Assembly (NCBI GenBank): GCA_051294905.1
Contig: CM119371.1
Span: 20,648,001 to 20,712,000, forward strand
Reading direction: 5' to 3'
Length of the DNA stretch: 64,000 nt
DNA from: Botryllus schlosseri
Lineage: Eukaryota
Position numbers and translations under genes: made by a program
The notes under the pieces: generated by a model
The model's input: only the letters and a program-made list of their open reading frames with translations
The model's database searches: none
Told to the model about the DNA's origin: nothing
Shown: positions 26,488 through 39,469 of the stretch, piece by piece
How positions within the stretch are numbered: position 1 is the stretch's first letter
Layout: the number at the start of each line of letters is the position of its first letter

Positions 26488-28160
26488 CAATACACATGTT
26501 GATAAGACGAGATGACACGCGTAAATTTATAATCAGGTTGCACCTCTCCAGGAAAATAGTGAAACGCATGTGCAAGCAGTAAAGAGCTGCAATCAAAGAC
26601 TCGAATATCCGTATTATCGCCATATGTCTGAACGTGCAAACGATAGCTGGTTACTAATCCTCACTGACACAGTCAAAATTACATTATATTCGTAGGTACG
26701 ATGGAATCGCTACACTAGTAAAGTGTTACATAATGAACAGACCGTGAATTTCGTGCTTCAGCGCAAACTCGTGAAAATATGAATTAATAGCACATAGCAT
26801 GTGGCTAATTACTGATAAGTTTTCAAACTGCAACTGCGAATCGTCTCTGATACCGCATAGAAACTCTTGATATCAAAATACGAACAAATAAATCTTCTCA
26901 TGCCTCAATAATCATAGTAGTATAGTAATATAATATATACTACTAGCTCAACATCATTGTTGCTTATTGCGATGTTATATAAAAAAGGGATATATTCAAT
27001 ATGATACAAAATATATCTTTAGGATGATCATAAATGAAACCAAATTAACTTACAGTAAATCGTGGCTTGGTATAATACATGAAGCCTTATTTGGCATGTG
27101 GTGCTGACACACGTTCTTTGCGTCATGGTGACATGCTGCGTCTACATTTAAAATGCAACGATGGCGACATGCAAATCTCAACTTATGCATGGCAGAAAGA
27201 TCAATGCATAATTTGACGAGGCTGCTAATTTTCCCCGCATACAACGATAACGGCACATCCCCCTGATCACCCTATCAACTAAGTATTGTTAGAAGAGACC
27301 AATCATTTTGATAACAGTAGCTATCGGAATTTATAGCGTATTGAGACTGCGTAATCGTAGTCGGCAACACGTCAGTCTAGGGGCGATGTTAATGACTACA
27401 ATAATCGAATCTAATTGACGAATTATTGTAATCACGCTCGCAAATTACTTCTATTGTTGGTTGTAATATCATTTTTATCAAAGCTCCAGTGCGAGCCCAG
27501 TCTAGTCATTTAGGACAAAAAGCGAATTAATTCAAATTCAAAGTCTCTTACTCGTGGCTCATGCGAGTCCACCACACACTGATGAATATTAATTGCTTGA
27601 GTTTATATTTTTTACATTAGATAGCCTTCATTCATTTTTTGATATCGTCTCCTTTACTTGTGAGCAGCAATAATTTTCCATCGTGAATCATGAATGAATA
27701 TACAGTTCGTCCCAATGTCGTTTTGAGAGAGTGAAGAAACTTTTGTGGTATTTTAGCATCTCGTTGCTTTGGGATAGGTATGCGGATGTACGTGAATTTA
27801 CAAGCTTGCATGTAATCTGATTTACAAGGACAACATGTAGGGTTGTATGTAGGCCTACTAGGTAGGCTGTAAAATTACTGTGTCGGGCCTAAATGGACAA
27901 GAGAAAATGTAGATTTAATGTACCAGAGGTGACTGTAACATTACGGTCTGGCGTGTAAAGCTAGATTGCCGGGCGGGTGTCAGGTTAATTTACATTGAAA
28001 CACTGCCCAGTGTTATCCATCTACTAAAGCAGTGCTTTTCAACCTTTTTGAGCTCCATTCGCACTTTATTTGTGTGATAAATTTCATTCGCACAGGCTAA
28101 TCGAAAATTGTTATACACTAAGAAGATGAAGATACTTAACAACATTTTGTTCAGATGTTA
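26488..28160 (+). repeat. Duplicated segment B, copy 1 (copy 2 at 43878-49078, interrupted by insertions)
   Basis: Colinear near-identity starting CAATACACATGTTGA; contains the empty hATm target TTATCCAT at 28013-28020. Confidence 0.9.
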
Positions 28161-28902
28161 AACAAGTTGGCTTCTACGTAGATTAAGCTATCAAGTGTCT
28201 CATTAAAAAGGCAACTTTTTCGCTCGTTTTGATTTTGACTATATTACTAAAACCCTTCCCGGCCAAACAAGTTGTTTGGATTTGTACAAGAACGTCTACC
28301 AGTGCTTGGATGGCAGGTCTGAAAAACTGTTCTGCGATACTATACAAAACACAGCGTATTTTTCGCGAGCGAAAATGCTTGCTGGCAGAAATTGATTTTG
28401 AGAGGTGACGCAAAGGTCACGGAGGCTCCAGGTTGTCGAAAGGGTGAAAAGCCCATATGTTTGTGTTGAGGCTTTTGCTTTATGTCTTGGAACATAAGGT
28501 GCAAAACGACCAAGGAGAGTATAGGCACATTAGAGCTCGCTACCTTATGATACGTTGCTCCAACTTCTGTCTCGCGGGTATATGAACCTCATTATGCTGT
28601 GTGTTATGCTATTTATCTCAATCTAATTTGAGAATTCATATATCGGTTCAATGCCGGTAAAGTAGCTTTTAAACTTCCACCAAAATCTGGTTTTTTGTGG
28701 CATCGCGACCCGAGCCTTCCCAATAAAAACGAATTCATTTTTAATATTACAGTTGTTTGCTACGATTTTAAGGACACAATTCTACCCAACACCACAATTC
28801 TACCCAACACAGCTCTATACAAAACATGTCTGACGCACGCGATTTCAAATCAAGGCAAATTAAACTCATCTGCGTGCCATAGTTGTACTACTGCGTCTAT
28901 AC
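28030..28902 (-). mobile_element. Truncated copy of the CAGTGCTTTTCAACCT hAT family
   Basis: Reverse-complement match to ~55720-56627; continues ~35 bp beyond the nested MITE (29657-29692). Confidence 0.8.
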
Positions 28903-29656
28903 CAGTGGTTCCCAACCTTTTCCGACTGATCGCCCACTTTTTAAGCTCATCACCGATCATCGCCCTCCAAATATTGGGAACCGAAAAATGGGCATACAAA
29001 CTGAGATCACCGGCGAGTGGAATAATAAGAAAAAAGGTCAACTTTTCGGCTTGACCTCGAAATTACGCTTTTAAAGCTAAATTTCCGTGATTTGACTAAA
29101 AAAAAGGCCATTACTCTGACTTCACTCCAATCATATATGTTTAATCGTCCATAGGCGCTGCTGATCGTCCTGGCACACTTCTTGGAGTCGCATGTTACAT
29201 CGCCTATACCTCCATATGTCCTGGTGCGTCGTGGCGCAGTAATAGCCGACGCCGAAGTCTCTGTTCCCATAAATCATGCGTATTTTTGTTGGTGGAAGGG
29301 TATCCCCAAATCAAGATATATGACAATATGATATCGCGACCAGCGCGAAAATTTTTTGAAAAGTTGAATGAATTTCTAAAAAATTACTCTATAATTTATG
29401 TTAATTCACGAAATAATTTCAGGCCAGATTCGAGTTCGGCCCAGAATTGGAGGTTTGGGGTGCAGCAGTTAGGGTCCTGACTCCAATATAGCTATTTTAA
29501 CGCACTATCGCCCCCTATCGCTCCTTCATTATTTTCGCCCCCTATCGCCCCTTTCGTCCGCTTTCCGCCCCCCTATCGCCCCTTTCGATATTTCCGACCC
29601 CCTAGACCGATAAATCGCCCCCTGGGGTGCGATATCGCCCACGTTGGGACCAACTG
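28903..29656. mobile_element. hAT MITE (same family as 10613-11228)
   Basis: TIRs CAGTGGTTCCCAAC / GTTGGGACCAACTG; TSD GTCTATAC / GTCTATGC. Confidence 0.85.
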
Positions 29657-29692
29657 GTCTATGCTCAGATTGCAAGCACGGGACTCTTCCGT

Positions 29693-31110
29693 GATGATGA
29701 TGCGAAGAATTTGTGTGTCATCAACACGCAATTCCGTCTTTTCCGTTATCAACGCATGTGTTTCGGAGTCGCATCTAGTCCCGCAAATTTTCAACGCTGT
29801 ATCTATGCCATGATCACCGGCCTACCCGGTGTTGCTAGTTTCGTCGATGACATAATCGTTACTGGCACTGATGAACGCGATCATTTTCGCAACTTATCGC
29901 TACTCTTTGAGCGCCTCGCCGAATACGGTTTCACCGTCAACTTCGATAAATGTGAATTTTTTAAAAGTAGTATCGAGTATCTTGGTCACATAATTGACAA
30001 GGACGGCAAAAGCCCGTCAAACAAACCCGTTGAAACAATCAAACAGTTGCCTGAACCTCAGGATGTTCGCCATCTACAGGAATTCCTGGGCAAAGTTAAT
30101 TATAATCGTGCGTTTATTCCTAATTTCACGAGTAAAGCCGCGGCCTTGTACCGTCTTTTTCAAAAAGACGCGAATTCATTTGGAATACCGACTGTGATGC
30201 AGCTTTTCGCATTCTGAAACACGACGTAATCGACGCTACGCAGTTAGCTCATTATGATGTGAACAAGCATCTCATTTTGTCAACGGATGCTTCTCAATTC
30301 GGAATCGGCGCTGTCCTCTCAATCAGACACAATGCCGAAGAGAGACCGATCGCGCACGCATCGAAAACGCTTTCCAATTCGCAAAAATCCCACTCTCAAA
30401 TAGAGAAGGAAGCTCTGTCAATCATTTACGGAGTCACTAAATTTCGTCAATTCCTGTATGGTAGGAAAGTTACGCTCGTTACGGACTAAAAACCGCTTTT
30501 AGCTATTTTCTCGCCGGACGTTAAAATTACCGTGATTACAGCGCAACGCTTACAGGGATGTGCACTAACGCTCATGGCTTACCAATATGACATTCGCTAT
30601 AAACCGACCAAGCAGCACGGAAACGCCGACGGTTTATCTCGCCTACCAAAGGGTCCAGACCCTGAGTTTGACGAACTGGAAATTCGTGAAAACGCGGAGA
30701 TCGTTCACGCTATCAATATGGCATTCGGTGGCTTGCCGTTGACTCGCAATGAAATTCGCGACGCGACGCTGAAAGACAAAACCATGAAACTAGTAAAATT
30801 ATCTAGCTGTCACTCATGGTAACTGGAATCCAAAGACGCACGTTGATGATTTTTCATGGTTTTCGACTCGCAAACATTCGCTTTCTCTGCACGAAGACAT
30901 AGTCATGCTCAATATTAATGGTTTTCAGCGCGTAGTTAGTTATTCCGCAGTCACTTCGCTCGCGAGCCTTATCATTGTTGCACAAAGGACAATGGGTTAT
31001 CGCGAAAATGAAGCAGATGGCTCGACGTTACATCGCATGGCCTTACATTAATCACGACATTGTAAATCTCGTCAAGAGTTGCGATGCTTGCCGTAAAATA
31101 TTGAAAGCGC
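29693..31110 (+). pseudogene. pol: Decayed Ty3/Gypsy pol fragment (RT, RNase H, integrase zinc-binding region)
   Basis: RT: FGVASSPANFQR, FVDDIIVTG, IEYLGH; RNase H: TDASQFGIGAVL, QIEKEALSII, VTD*KPL, NADGLSRLP; integrase: LHKGQW...KMKQMARR...CDAC; frameshifts near 30170 and 30800-30950 and a stop at 30487. Confidence 0.9.
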
Positions 31111-34100
31111 CGATAGGGATAATCGAAACTACGAATTTTAATGACGAATTTTATTCGGTACTCTGAAAAAAGGTTTTGCGCCCCGCGCGTCATGGATCGA
31201 TTCATAACTTGACCCCTCGCGATTTCAGTGCGTAAAGTAAGCCGATATAAAGAAATAAATGAATATGAAGATCACCGTAAATGGACATTGGCAGTTCAAA
31301 ATTGGTATTTGGGGTCCAGATTGATCATTTCGATCCAGGCCTTGGAATGCGGCCGTGAATAGCAAAAAGCTTGGCAACCCCTGATCTGGTTCAATCCGCA
31401 CATATGCACAATATTCCTCATCCGTTCAGCTCGCTATTGAAAAGTCGGTACATGGTACAAGCATTGTTAGACTTGGAACAGTCATCGTGCAAAAGACCTC
31501 AGTTTACCAAGAAGCACGCCCTCCTCGTTTGCATACAGAGATACATTGAACCTTTGCAGTCGTTCCATGGCCCGAACTCTCTGCTTTTCTGATGCCGCGA
31601 CTCATATTACTACTTGAAAATATCACACGACCCTACATGGTCAACACCTTCACACTGACCTACTCACGGCGCATGTGGAACACTTGCGACTATGCGCGTA
31701 CTATTAGCAATTATGCAATTATTGACTCGTCAACCTTTGCCAGACAATACGATAGCAATGTATATAGGTATCTTACAACGATTTCTATCTATATAAAATC
31801 GAAGTGGTCATGTACTGCTACGTGGAATTCTGCGTGACGCGAAATAGTAATTACGATAAGGTATTCAGCTATGCCGAGCGTGTATCTTCCTGGAAGAATT
31901 ATTATAATCTCTTCGTTTTAATATTCATAGTGGTAGCAAGACATCAACCTTATGTATAGTAATTGGCGCTTTCAAATGATGTTGCGACCGATCTGATATA
32001 TGATCACTCAGGGGTCCTTTTTTCCATATAGAAAAATGAATTAAAATTTCCAGAAATAACCTACCAATAGCTTACGCATAATTGGCATTCTTGCAAATGA
32101 CATTGATATTTAGTTAATTTTGTATTACGTCTCCGCGACCCTAGAGAGTAGGCAAACGACGCAACTGGGAACCACATGATCTAGGGTAAAGCAGTTGCGT
32201 TCATGTGTATTCCATATTCTCTGATACCATAAGAAGTTCTAACCAAATCCTGCTAACATTTTCTCGTGCTCATACATTATATCAAGTCTATTTACTAACC
32301 TCCCAGCAGACGAGACAATAGAATTCTGCGCCATCGAATCATACGTAAGAACTTGACGGTTCCAACCGTATCCGAGAGATGTGTTTATCAAACTATTGCG
32401 CATGACACCGGCAACTTATCGTTCGGTTTTAATGAAACGCATTGGGATCGCCACTTTGTCCTTGATACTTGTCAATATATATCTGTTAGTTTTCGTTTTC
32501 ACGAAAGGTTCGTTTCTGAATATGGGATGTACGTTGCTATACCACCGTTACGTTGATCTGTCTTTGACTAGAAATCAAAGCGAAGTATACTTCGGAGTCG
32601 TTCGAATTAGCTTCACCCCTCTCTAAAATTTAAAATGAAAAGGGAGCGCGATATTCCTATCAGACATGGGGTAATCGCGATTAGTAATCGTAATCGATTA
32701 CGACGATTACAGCATTTTCAAGTAATCGTAATCGCAATCGATTACATTCGAAAAAATACCGAAGTAATCGCAATCGTAATCGACTACTTCACATATCTAA
32801 TCGATTTTTTTGTGCATGAACGATTACTTTATATTCGCACAATGACTATGACATAATCTAAACATTCGTGAACAAGGAGATATTATACCAGGTTTATTGA
32901 CAGCACAAATGTCAGATTTTTAAACGCCGCCGCTCATTATTACGTCAGAAGTATTAGGTTTGCTCGTCATTGCGTAAGACAGTGGTTCCAAACCTTTTTC
33001 GTCTCGTGCCTCCCTTGGCCGAAATTTGAGCCAAAATTCCCCCCCTAGGAGAAATCTGCCCGATGATTAAAAAAGGTAATTTTTACCGCGCAAACACCTA
33101 TTGACCAAGAGAATAAGACGGGCGGGTACCGAGTGTTTGTTTCTAGCAGGGCTGTAACAACACTTTTTAGACCTCCAAAAACAATGGTCTCGGTCCCAAT
33201 CAAACAAATTCTGGGAGACTTGTCTCAACATACCCCCACACTTCCATTTGTGTTTCGGCTTATACCAGTGGTTCTCAACCTTTTTGGCTTCGCGGACCCC
33301 TTTTAACCGTCACGGACCCTCGCGGAGCCCCTCAAGTTTTAATTCAATTTTAGCTCTATTTTGGTGCAACCTTCATCTGTCTTGTGCAAATATGAACTGT
33401 AGGCTTGTGATAAACAGCAAAATAATGATTTTTCTTGATGATAACATCATACTATTTATGTAGAAATTGGTGAACTTTTATTATTTCAAAGCTAATTTTG
33501 CTGCTGTATTTCTTGAAGTACGTGGTCGTGTCTCGAAAATCCGCGTCTTCGTTTTGATATGAACGAGGAGTGCCGAAAACCATTTCAGCGAAGATAGGTG
33601 GACGCTAATGCAATATTAACACATAACGCTTCCGACGATACTTTTGGTGTGATCGCAACATTTATGACACCAAAATGAAGAAACACATATTTTATGAACA
33701 TATCACGTCCAGCATCTACCGCAGGGACGGGCAACATACGGACCGCTGGCGGAATCCGGCCCGCGACGGCATTTTGATCGGTCCGCAGAGAGTTTCTACC
33801 GTCAAAGTGAAGTCCTAATCTAAAAGTATAGACACATTTTATGCTCCAAAGAACGGATCCAAGTTTTCCAACAAGAGAAAGACTGTCATGAAACGACTTG
33901 TTCTGTTCTGGTTCACATATACACTGTAAAAAATAAACCGTGTATTTAACGTGTTTTTTGCATGTTTTTTCCAATAACACGTTAAACGACGGAAAACGCC
34001 GACGTGTTTTTGAAATAAACAAGTTTAAAACCGAAAACGCGACGTGTTTTCCAATTAATCAAGTTCAAAACTGAAACGTAACATGTTATGTAAAAAACAT

Positions 34101-34129
34101 GTTGCGTTTCAGATTGGAATAACGTTGCT

Positions 34130-34790
34130 CTGATTTGAAAGCTACTGTCGCACTGATTCCGAAAATATGCATTAAAATCTAATCAGGGCAATGGAACGCC
34201 TTCGAAATACACCCAAAAGTATGAAATTCGGCATTGTTCCGAACCACGCGTTATAGGGCTGCGTCGCTGCGATTGTTTGGAATAATGCTGATTTTCAGAT
34301 TTTGAAGGCTACTTCGGGGTAATTCCATTGCCCTATTGAAATTTTAATGTATATTTTCAGACGGACACGGAAATAGTGTCAGGGACAGGGATTCTGCGCA
34401 ATGTTGATACAGTGGGACCAGATTCGGATTTTATTGCACCATTTGGAACGCAACATAATTGCTAATCCTATCGCTGACGATCCGAGCACTCAAATTAAAA
34501 AAAGTTGAGCTTATTTATAGGCTACTGTCGCATTGATTCCGAAATATACATTAAAATCTTATCGGGGCAATGGAACCCCCTCGAAATGCACCCCAAAAGT
34601 CTGCAAATCGGCATTGTTCTGAACGATCGCAACAACGCAAAGGCCGTTGTTATGGTGATTGTGCTGCATCGCTGCACGATGCCGATTTTCAGATTTTTAG
34701 GCTATTTCGGGTTAGTTCCATTGTCCTAATGAAATTTTAATGTATTATTTTCAGAATCAGCGTGACGGTAGCTTTCAAATAAGATCAACT
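34130..34790. repeat. Two tandem foldback units of ~230-270 bp
   Basis: GCTACTGTCGCA.TGATTCCGAAA..CATTAAAAT..GGGCAATGGAAC at 34141 and 34521, each followed by its imperfect reverse complement. Confidence 0.75.
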
Positions 34791-35936
34791 TTATTTAATT
34801 TGAGGGTTCGGGTCTTCAGCTATTGATAACCGATCATGCTGCGTTCAGATTGCTGAGCACTTCAGTAGTCAATTCCTCACGACGAGCAAGGGTGATGATG
34901 GGTGGTGCGAATCTATGCGTAGGTTAGTTATCTATAAAAAAGAAAGACATTTGAGTATTGGTCTTGATTGGTTGAAAAACTGAGGTATAATTTCAGTTCA
35001 CAGCTCACACGATTTCCGAATCCGTGGTTGGAAAACAGGAAATTTTACTTCACGGTCCTCGATTTCAGTCTCCGTCGTGATTGGTTGCAGAACGACGGTA
35101 AAATTTCAGTTCACCACTCACACTATTTCACGATCCGACGTGATTGGTTAAAAAAACGGAAGTTCTACTTCACTGCTCACGTGATTGCCGTATGCGTTAC
35201 GATTGGTTTGAAAAACTTTCAGTGCCGGGAAGCCACTTCCATCGGCGATCACTACGCGGCCAGCAAAGTTGGCGAAACTGAGTGTAGAGTTTATTACCGG
35301 CTGACGGTTATTGATCGTATTTGTCCAGTTAGTAGAGGATGCATTTCACATCAGTTTTCATCGGGGAAAGTGTTTCCGATTCATATGCGCGCCTACGGGG
35401 TGTGCATAGTTGGTGTGCTGCATTTAACTGCAGTACGGTAACGTGTGGCGTGTGGAGGCAGCATATCGTTTAGCACTTACCATATATAGCTTCAGAGTGC
35501 ATACGGTAACCAGTCGATTACAGTATATCATGTTGGGGAATGTCTTAGCTTAACTATGTAAATAATGAACCTAAGAAAGTTGAGCCAGTTGATATATTAG
35601 GAGGATGTGTATACCATGCCAATATGTTGCATTTTGTCGAATGCAAGATATGGAGGGACAAGTTTGCTCTGTAAAATTATGTGACAAATACGGCAAAAAA
35701 GAATTCATGTTGTCAATCAGGATCAAGATGGTAAAATATTTTTCTATGAAGATTTTGACGGGCACTGTCACATTTGTGGTATCCTCAAGTCAGGCTTTGG
35801 GCGATATTTACACTGTTATTCCTGTGAGGCTATGACAGAAACCGGTTTCCTTTGTGTTTTACAACCTGGTGAAATATTTTACCAGAGACTCCATAATTTA
35901 CCGGTATACTGTATTGGTAAGTTACAGTATGGTGAG

Positions 35937-36110
35937 CAATGTTCCCTCTAATTTTTGACGAGTCTGCGCACACTCACGAACTCACTGCGCAGACCCTTGG
36001 ACAACAGTGCGTAAAGACTAAAAAAAAGGTCATCATATCGGATTTTTTGTGCGCAGAGACCGTGTTAGCACTGCGCATTTGTGCATGTGCGCAGCTTAGA
36101 GGGAACATTG
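35937..36110. mobile_element. 174-bp hAT MITE
   Basis: TIR CAATGTTCCCTCTAA / TTAGAGGGAACATTG; perfect TSD ATGGTGAG. Confidence 0.92.
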
Positions 36111-36735
36111 ATGGTGAGATCGCTACATTAGACTGCATCATAGAATATGTTTCGAAGTTTAATAGTGAACTATATGCCGATAGAGAAAAGTACCGGTAAT
36201 TAAAATTGTGTAATTTTGAACATGACGTTTTATTTTTCAGATTCATCAGACTGGTTAGCGATTTATTACTCTTGTGCTATTAAATATGAAAATGCTGATC
36301 ATCCATGGTAATATTAGAAAGGTGATCACAGTTGATCACCTATCTGAGATTTATGATGTTGTGAGATGTGCAGTTCGTAGTACCATCTAGGACAGAAAAT
36401 TCACTACGGAATATTACGACAAGTCGCTTGAATTGAACGGCGATTTCTATGAATTGTCTGCCAAAGATATGGGACAATATGACTGGTTTGACGATGGAAG
36501 TGAGTAATTCTATTCTATGCATGTCAACAGAATTATCGTCATAAAGCGATGATCATGGTAATCATACTGTACTAAAATTATCTTGTCTTGTTCGATATCT
36601 GTAATAAAAACGAATATAGATTTTTAGCCAAAATCACGCCGTGTTATGCAGGGCTTTAGAGCAGCCGCAAATTTAAACTGCTCCTGCTCTAGCTGCTGCT
36701 CCGGCTCTGAAATGATCGCATTGGCCTGTCTATAT

Positions 36736-37383
36736 CAGGGGTGACCAACCCGTGGGCCAAATATGGCCAGCGAGAGGGTTTTGCGTGACCCGTGAGCTAA
36801 TTTCCTATTATATTATCAAAAATGAATTGCTCAGATTGTGAACTTGAAATGCCAACAAAAAATTACAATTCTTGCTGCGACACTTGGGATGTTGATGACT
36901 AAAATATCAGTTCCGACGCATTGGCAGATCCAGGGTCCAGTCACTTTTTCAGTAAGTCGTCGTACATTACAATAAAGTAAAATAGCAGCGAAATTTTTCT
37001 TCACGCTTTGCGTGTTTAATTTTCGCACGATTTCTTGCTTGGTAGCCTTCCCCCTACTGAAAACGAAAAAAACGCCTATTTTATCCGATTGAGTCTAACT
37101 GTATTCGCAATTACGGGAGAAAGTCTTTTCGCGTTTGCGCTCGCATAAAGATCGTCAATGGTGAAATGGCGATATCGATGTGGCCAGACGCCAAATAGTC
37201 GTGTCCTTGCAAACTGAGTCTAGCGGGCGGTATACAATAGACCCGCAATACTCGAGTAATAATATTATTGACCTTGTTTATTTATAAATTTCGAAAATTT
37301 TATCTGCTTGGGGTGGCTAGTGGACCGCGAACTCGTTCGTCAATTGCATGTGGCTCTTCAGCCGAAATGGTTGGCCATTCCTG
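36736..37383. mobile_element. hAT MITE (related, inverted, to 18015-18857)
   Basis: TIRs CAGGGGTGACCAACC / GGTTGGCCATTCCTG; TSD GTCTATAT / GCCTATAT. Confidence 0.8.
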
Positions 37384-37798
37384 GCCTATATAGATTACTA
37401 ATCTACCATAGGTTAGTACTTTTTTGTTTCCCGAATAGAATATGTTGGAATATGTTGATATGAACTTCTTCAACGAATATGTGATGTTCTCCTAGGGTGA
37501 TTTTATTTTTATCTAAAAAGTTTTTGACCGATAAAATCTGACATTCTGTCAATTTTGACATTTTTAACCCTAAAAATCTTAATTTTGATGAAATTGTGAT
37601 CTCGTATATGTAAATTGCCTGTTTTCCCCCATTACCTTAGAATTTTAGGCTACTGCTTATCTTCATTTCTGGTCGGAACTGTCTGTTCTTACGAAATAGT
37701 TAGGCCTAAAAAAACTTTTGCTCTTTCTGCAATAAATTGACTCGCTATTACCGGCAAGCTGATAATTTGCTGGGCTTTAATGAAGATATTTATTACAG

Positions 37799-38877
37799 AG
37801 TCAACCTGCATCGGTATATTCTCCAGAAGACGAGCGCAGCATCGAGGTACAGCAAAAAGCAATAAGTGTCAAGTGGACGAAAAGACTACGTGACAAGAAA
37901 AGATTCAGGTTAGGATGAAAAGAACATTTGAATCGTGTCATGAGGCCATTTTGAATGGGATATCAACACAAAGTCTGTTCGAGATTTAGCCGATGTTGAT
38001 CGATGCGCATTGGGCAGGTATAAAGCAGTGTTGGGATCAAGTCACTGATAATGACATCACCTTACCACGTTCATGCAATAGGCTAGTCCTACAACGTATG
38101 CAATGCATGCACCAATTATTGACGATTATTATCAATGTGTAATATCATACAGCAGGGGCGGCAATTTTTCAATGTTGGTGACACGCATCTCAGAAGTTTG
38201 TCCAAACTTAATCCAAACCTTTCTTCAACTATGCCACATTGCAGGGATCATGGAAAGACAAGCTCTGCAACAAGTTGAGGGAATGGAGAAGACACCATGA
38301 AAAAGAAGTTCTCGTCTTAAACTTGGAATAGCAGAAGCATGGACGCTACGGCAAACGGAAATCTCAGCAGCTTGTGGAAAAATCTAGTCAACGCTGCAAG
38401 AATTCTCGAGTCACAACATCCAATGTGAGCATTTTAGTATCTTGCTTTCTTGATCTAGATATCTTCAATATGAATATTTTGATATGATACTGATAACGCC
38501 AACAGACAATGTTACGTCTAATTTTTCTCGTGTCTGTGCGCATGCGAGCAGCTTAGAAGGAACATTGGCAAGAAGTAGCACCTTGCACCGATAACCGGTC
38601 ATGTTTTGATTAGGATCTATTTTGTCCTACAGAGTCAACATGTATACTCTCCACAGACGAAGAGCGCAGCATCGAGATACATCAAAACGCAATAAGAGGC
38701 AAGTGGAGAATACCTCACAAGGAAACGATTCTGGATAGGATGAAAAGAACATTCGAATCGCGTCGCGAGGCCATTCTGAATGGGATGTCAACACAGTCTG
38801 CTGGAGATTTACCCGATCTTGATCGATGCGCATTGGGTACCGTAGGTATAAAGCAGTGTTATGATCAAGTCACTGAC
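37799..38877 (+). pseudogene. Tandemly duplicated, decayed exon of a CACTA accessory gene
   Basis: ~250-bp copies at 37799-38048 and 38633-38877, each starting at a CAG acceptor; encode MKRTFESRREAILNG. Confidence 0.5.
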
Positions 38878-38950
38878 GGCACAATCCCTCGGCATTTGTG
38901 GCATGCGCAATCATTTTTCATGACACAACAAATGACATATATATTATAAC

Positions 38951-39469
38951 TAGGGCCATTTTTATATGACCTTAGAAAATCAATAATATGACTTTATTTT
39001 TTGGAAAATATGAATTTATGTGAAAATGGTGTATTTTTACATGCAAATATCGGCACTGACGGAACTAAAGAGTAAAACCTATGCAACAACAGTTATACAC
39101 GTCCATTTTTTATTCTAAATCACTGTTGCAGTACAGTAGTAGTGTGAAATGTTAAAGTCTTTGAAGTTACGATTCGGACGTAAAATGACTTTGGTAAGGA
39201 AAGTGAGAGCTCCACAGGCGCTGATGGTGGTTGCCACTTCTGCAGGGGTGCATAAAGCGCTGGTGAAATGTCTTGTATTTGCAGCTCCATTATTTGTTAA
39301 ACCTCGTTTTTGTCCAATCGCTTCTTAATGTAAATTTTGAGCTTTATGACCTAATCAGGAAAATGTGACTTCATAGCTTTAATATAGCTCAAAGGGATAC
39401 GGTTTTGTGTTGAAATTGATTTCACGACTTGCTGATGCATAGAACAAAATATGGCTTTGAATGGCCCTA
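38951..39469. mobile_element. TAGGGCCATT-terminated hAT MITE
   Basis: TAGGGCCATT / AATGGCCCTA; TSD ATTATAAC / ATTATTAC. Confidence 0.75.

Noticed and set aside
27050..27270. 68-aa minus-strand ORF or exon open in both duplicates (also 44457-44663)
   Set aside because: Differences between the copies are largely amino-acid changing and no domain is recognisable; shared openness reflects recent duplication
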